Origin: Haliotis rubra
Lineage: Eukaryota
DNA length: 64,000 nucleotides
NCBI RefSeq assembly: GCF_003918875.1
Contig: NW_025767132.1
Coordinates: forward strand, 124,001-188,000
Reading direction: 5' to 3'
The notes under the pieces are model-generated. The model saw nothing but the letters and a program-made list of their open reading frames with translations, searched no databases and was not told where the DNA came from. A program made the translations under genes and the position numbers. Of this stretch, positions 63,182 to 64,000 are shown one piece after another (the first letter of the stretch is position 1; each line of letters begins with the position of its first letter).

Positions 63182-64000
63182 CTGAAACAACACATCAGAT
63201 TACAGATACCATTGTTACATCAATAAAAAGTATATAAATAGATTATCCAAATTTGAGCTGAACATGAACACTACTTTGGACAATTTTTTGCTTACACAAT
63301 GCCATCTGATTAGAGAAGAAACTGGGACTCTCTATTATCGTGGGCTCTCTATTATTGCAGCACGTGAAAACATCGGGAAAGCAGAAACACCACGCCCTGC
63401 ATCGGCTGTTCACATATGCAAATTTCATTGGTACGTCATGTCTAATCGTATATTAAAGTATTCATCTTTTCAGTAAGTTCTGGATCATTTTGAAACCAGT
63501 AAGACCCTACTGCCATTACATCTAGCATGAATCAAACCTTACTTCATCAAGAGTAATCCTGCAACAACTATAAGGTCATTTGCATATTTTCCATCCTAAA
63601 CTATAACAGAAAGTGACATATTATGCAACTTCACCCTGCACATGGCAGCTAATTGTATGGCGACAAAAAATTATTTTGTTATGTATTGTTACCTTGTATC
63701 CAAATGAATAACAGTTTCAAATGTTTTGGTTAAAAACTTAACCAAACCTGAAGAGGTTTTCAATTCTTTGAAGAGAGTCGTCCTTGGGGTACATATATGC
63801 ATTTTCTGCGCTGAAAATGTCCTGTGACAGTTGTATCAATGTTTTTAATAAAAATATTGTACAATAAATAAAATCTTTTTTATCTATTATACGGCCCCCA
63901 CCCCGTGGAGTTACCTCCCGCTACGCATGCGCAGCCAACCAGGTAAGCACCTAGGCCCGTATCATCATTCCTTCTGCTGAATAAATCAGTGAACAGAATT

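Overview
Eukaryotic (animal) genomic DNA, AT-rich and intron-rich. From my recollection of its SINE families it is most likely a gastropod mollusc (abalone/Haliotis-like); this is inference. I assembled gene models by hand from GT-AG junctions with consistent phases. (1) A minus-strand tandem array of four secreted countin-like genes (saposin-like domain plus C-terminal beta-rich domain). Three are complete 7-exon genes (250, 261, 263 aa); the fourth is cut by the left edge. (2) Inside the array, same strand: a tRNA-Glu(TTC) gene and a 393-aa Ser/Thr kinase whose short upstream exon, missed by the ORF track, adds a predicted N-terminal membrane anchor. (3) A + strand 8-exon CCDC42/CFAP73/CCDC197-family coiled-coil gene (358 aa). 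(4) The last three exons of Salvador/SAV1 on the minus strand, ending in a class I PDZ-binding motif (ETKV). Introns and intergenic DNA hold two abundant SINE families, AcademH-like and Harbinger-like MITEs, Tc1 relics and minisatellites. Best leads: the countin-like array with a charge-reversed subclade, the anchored kinase embedded in it, and a pseudoknotted RNA structure that defines the 5' end of one SINE family.
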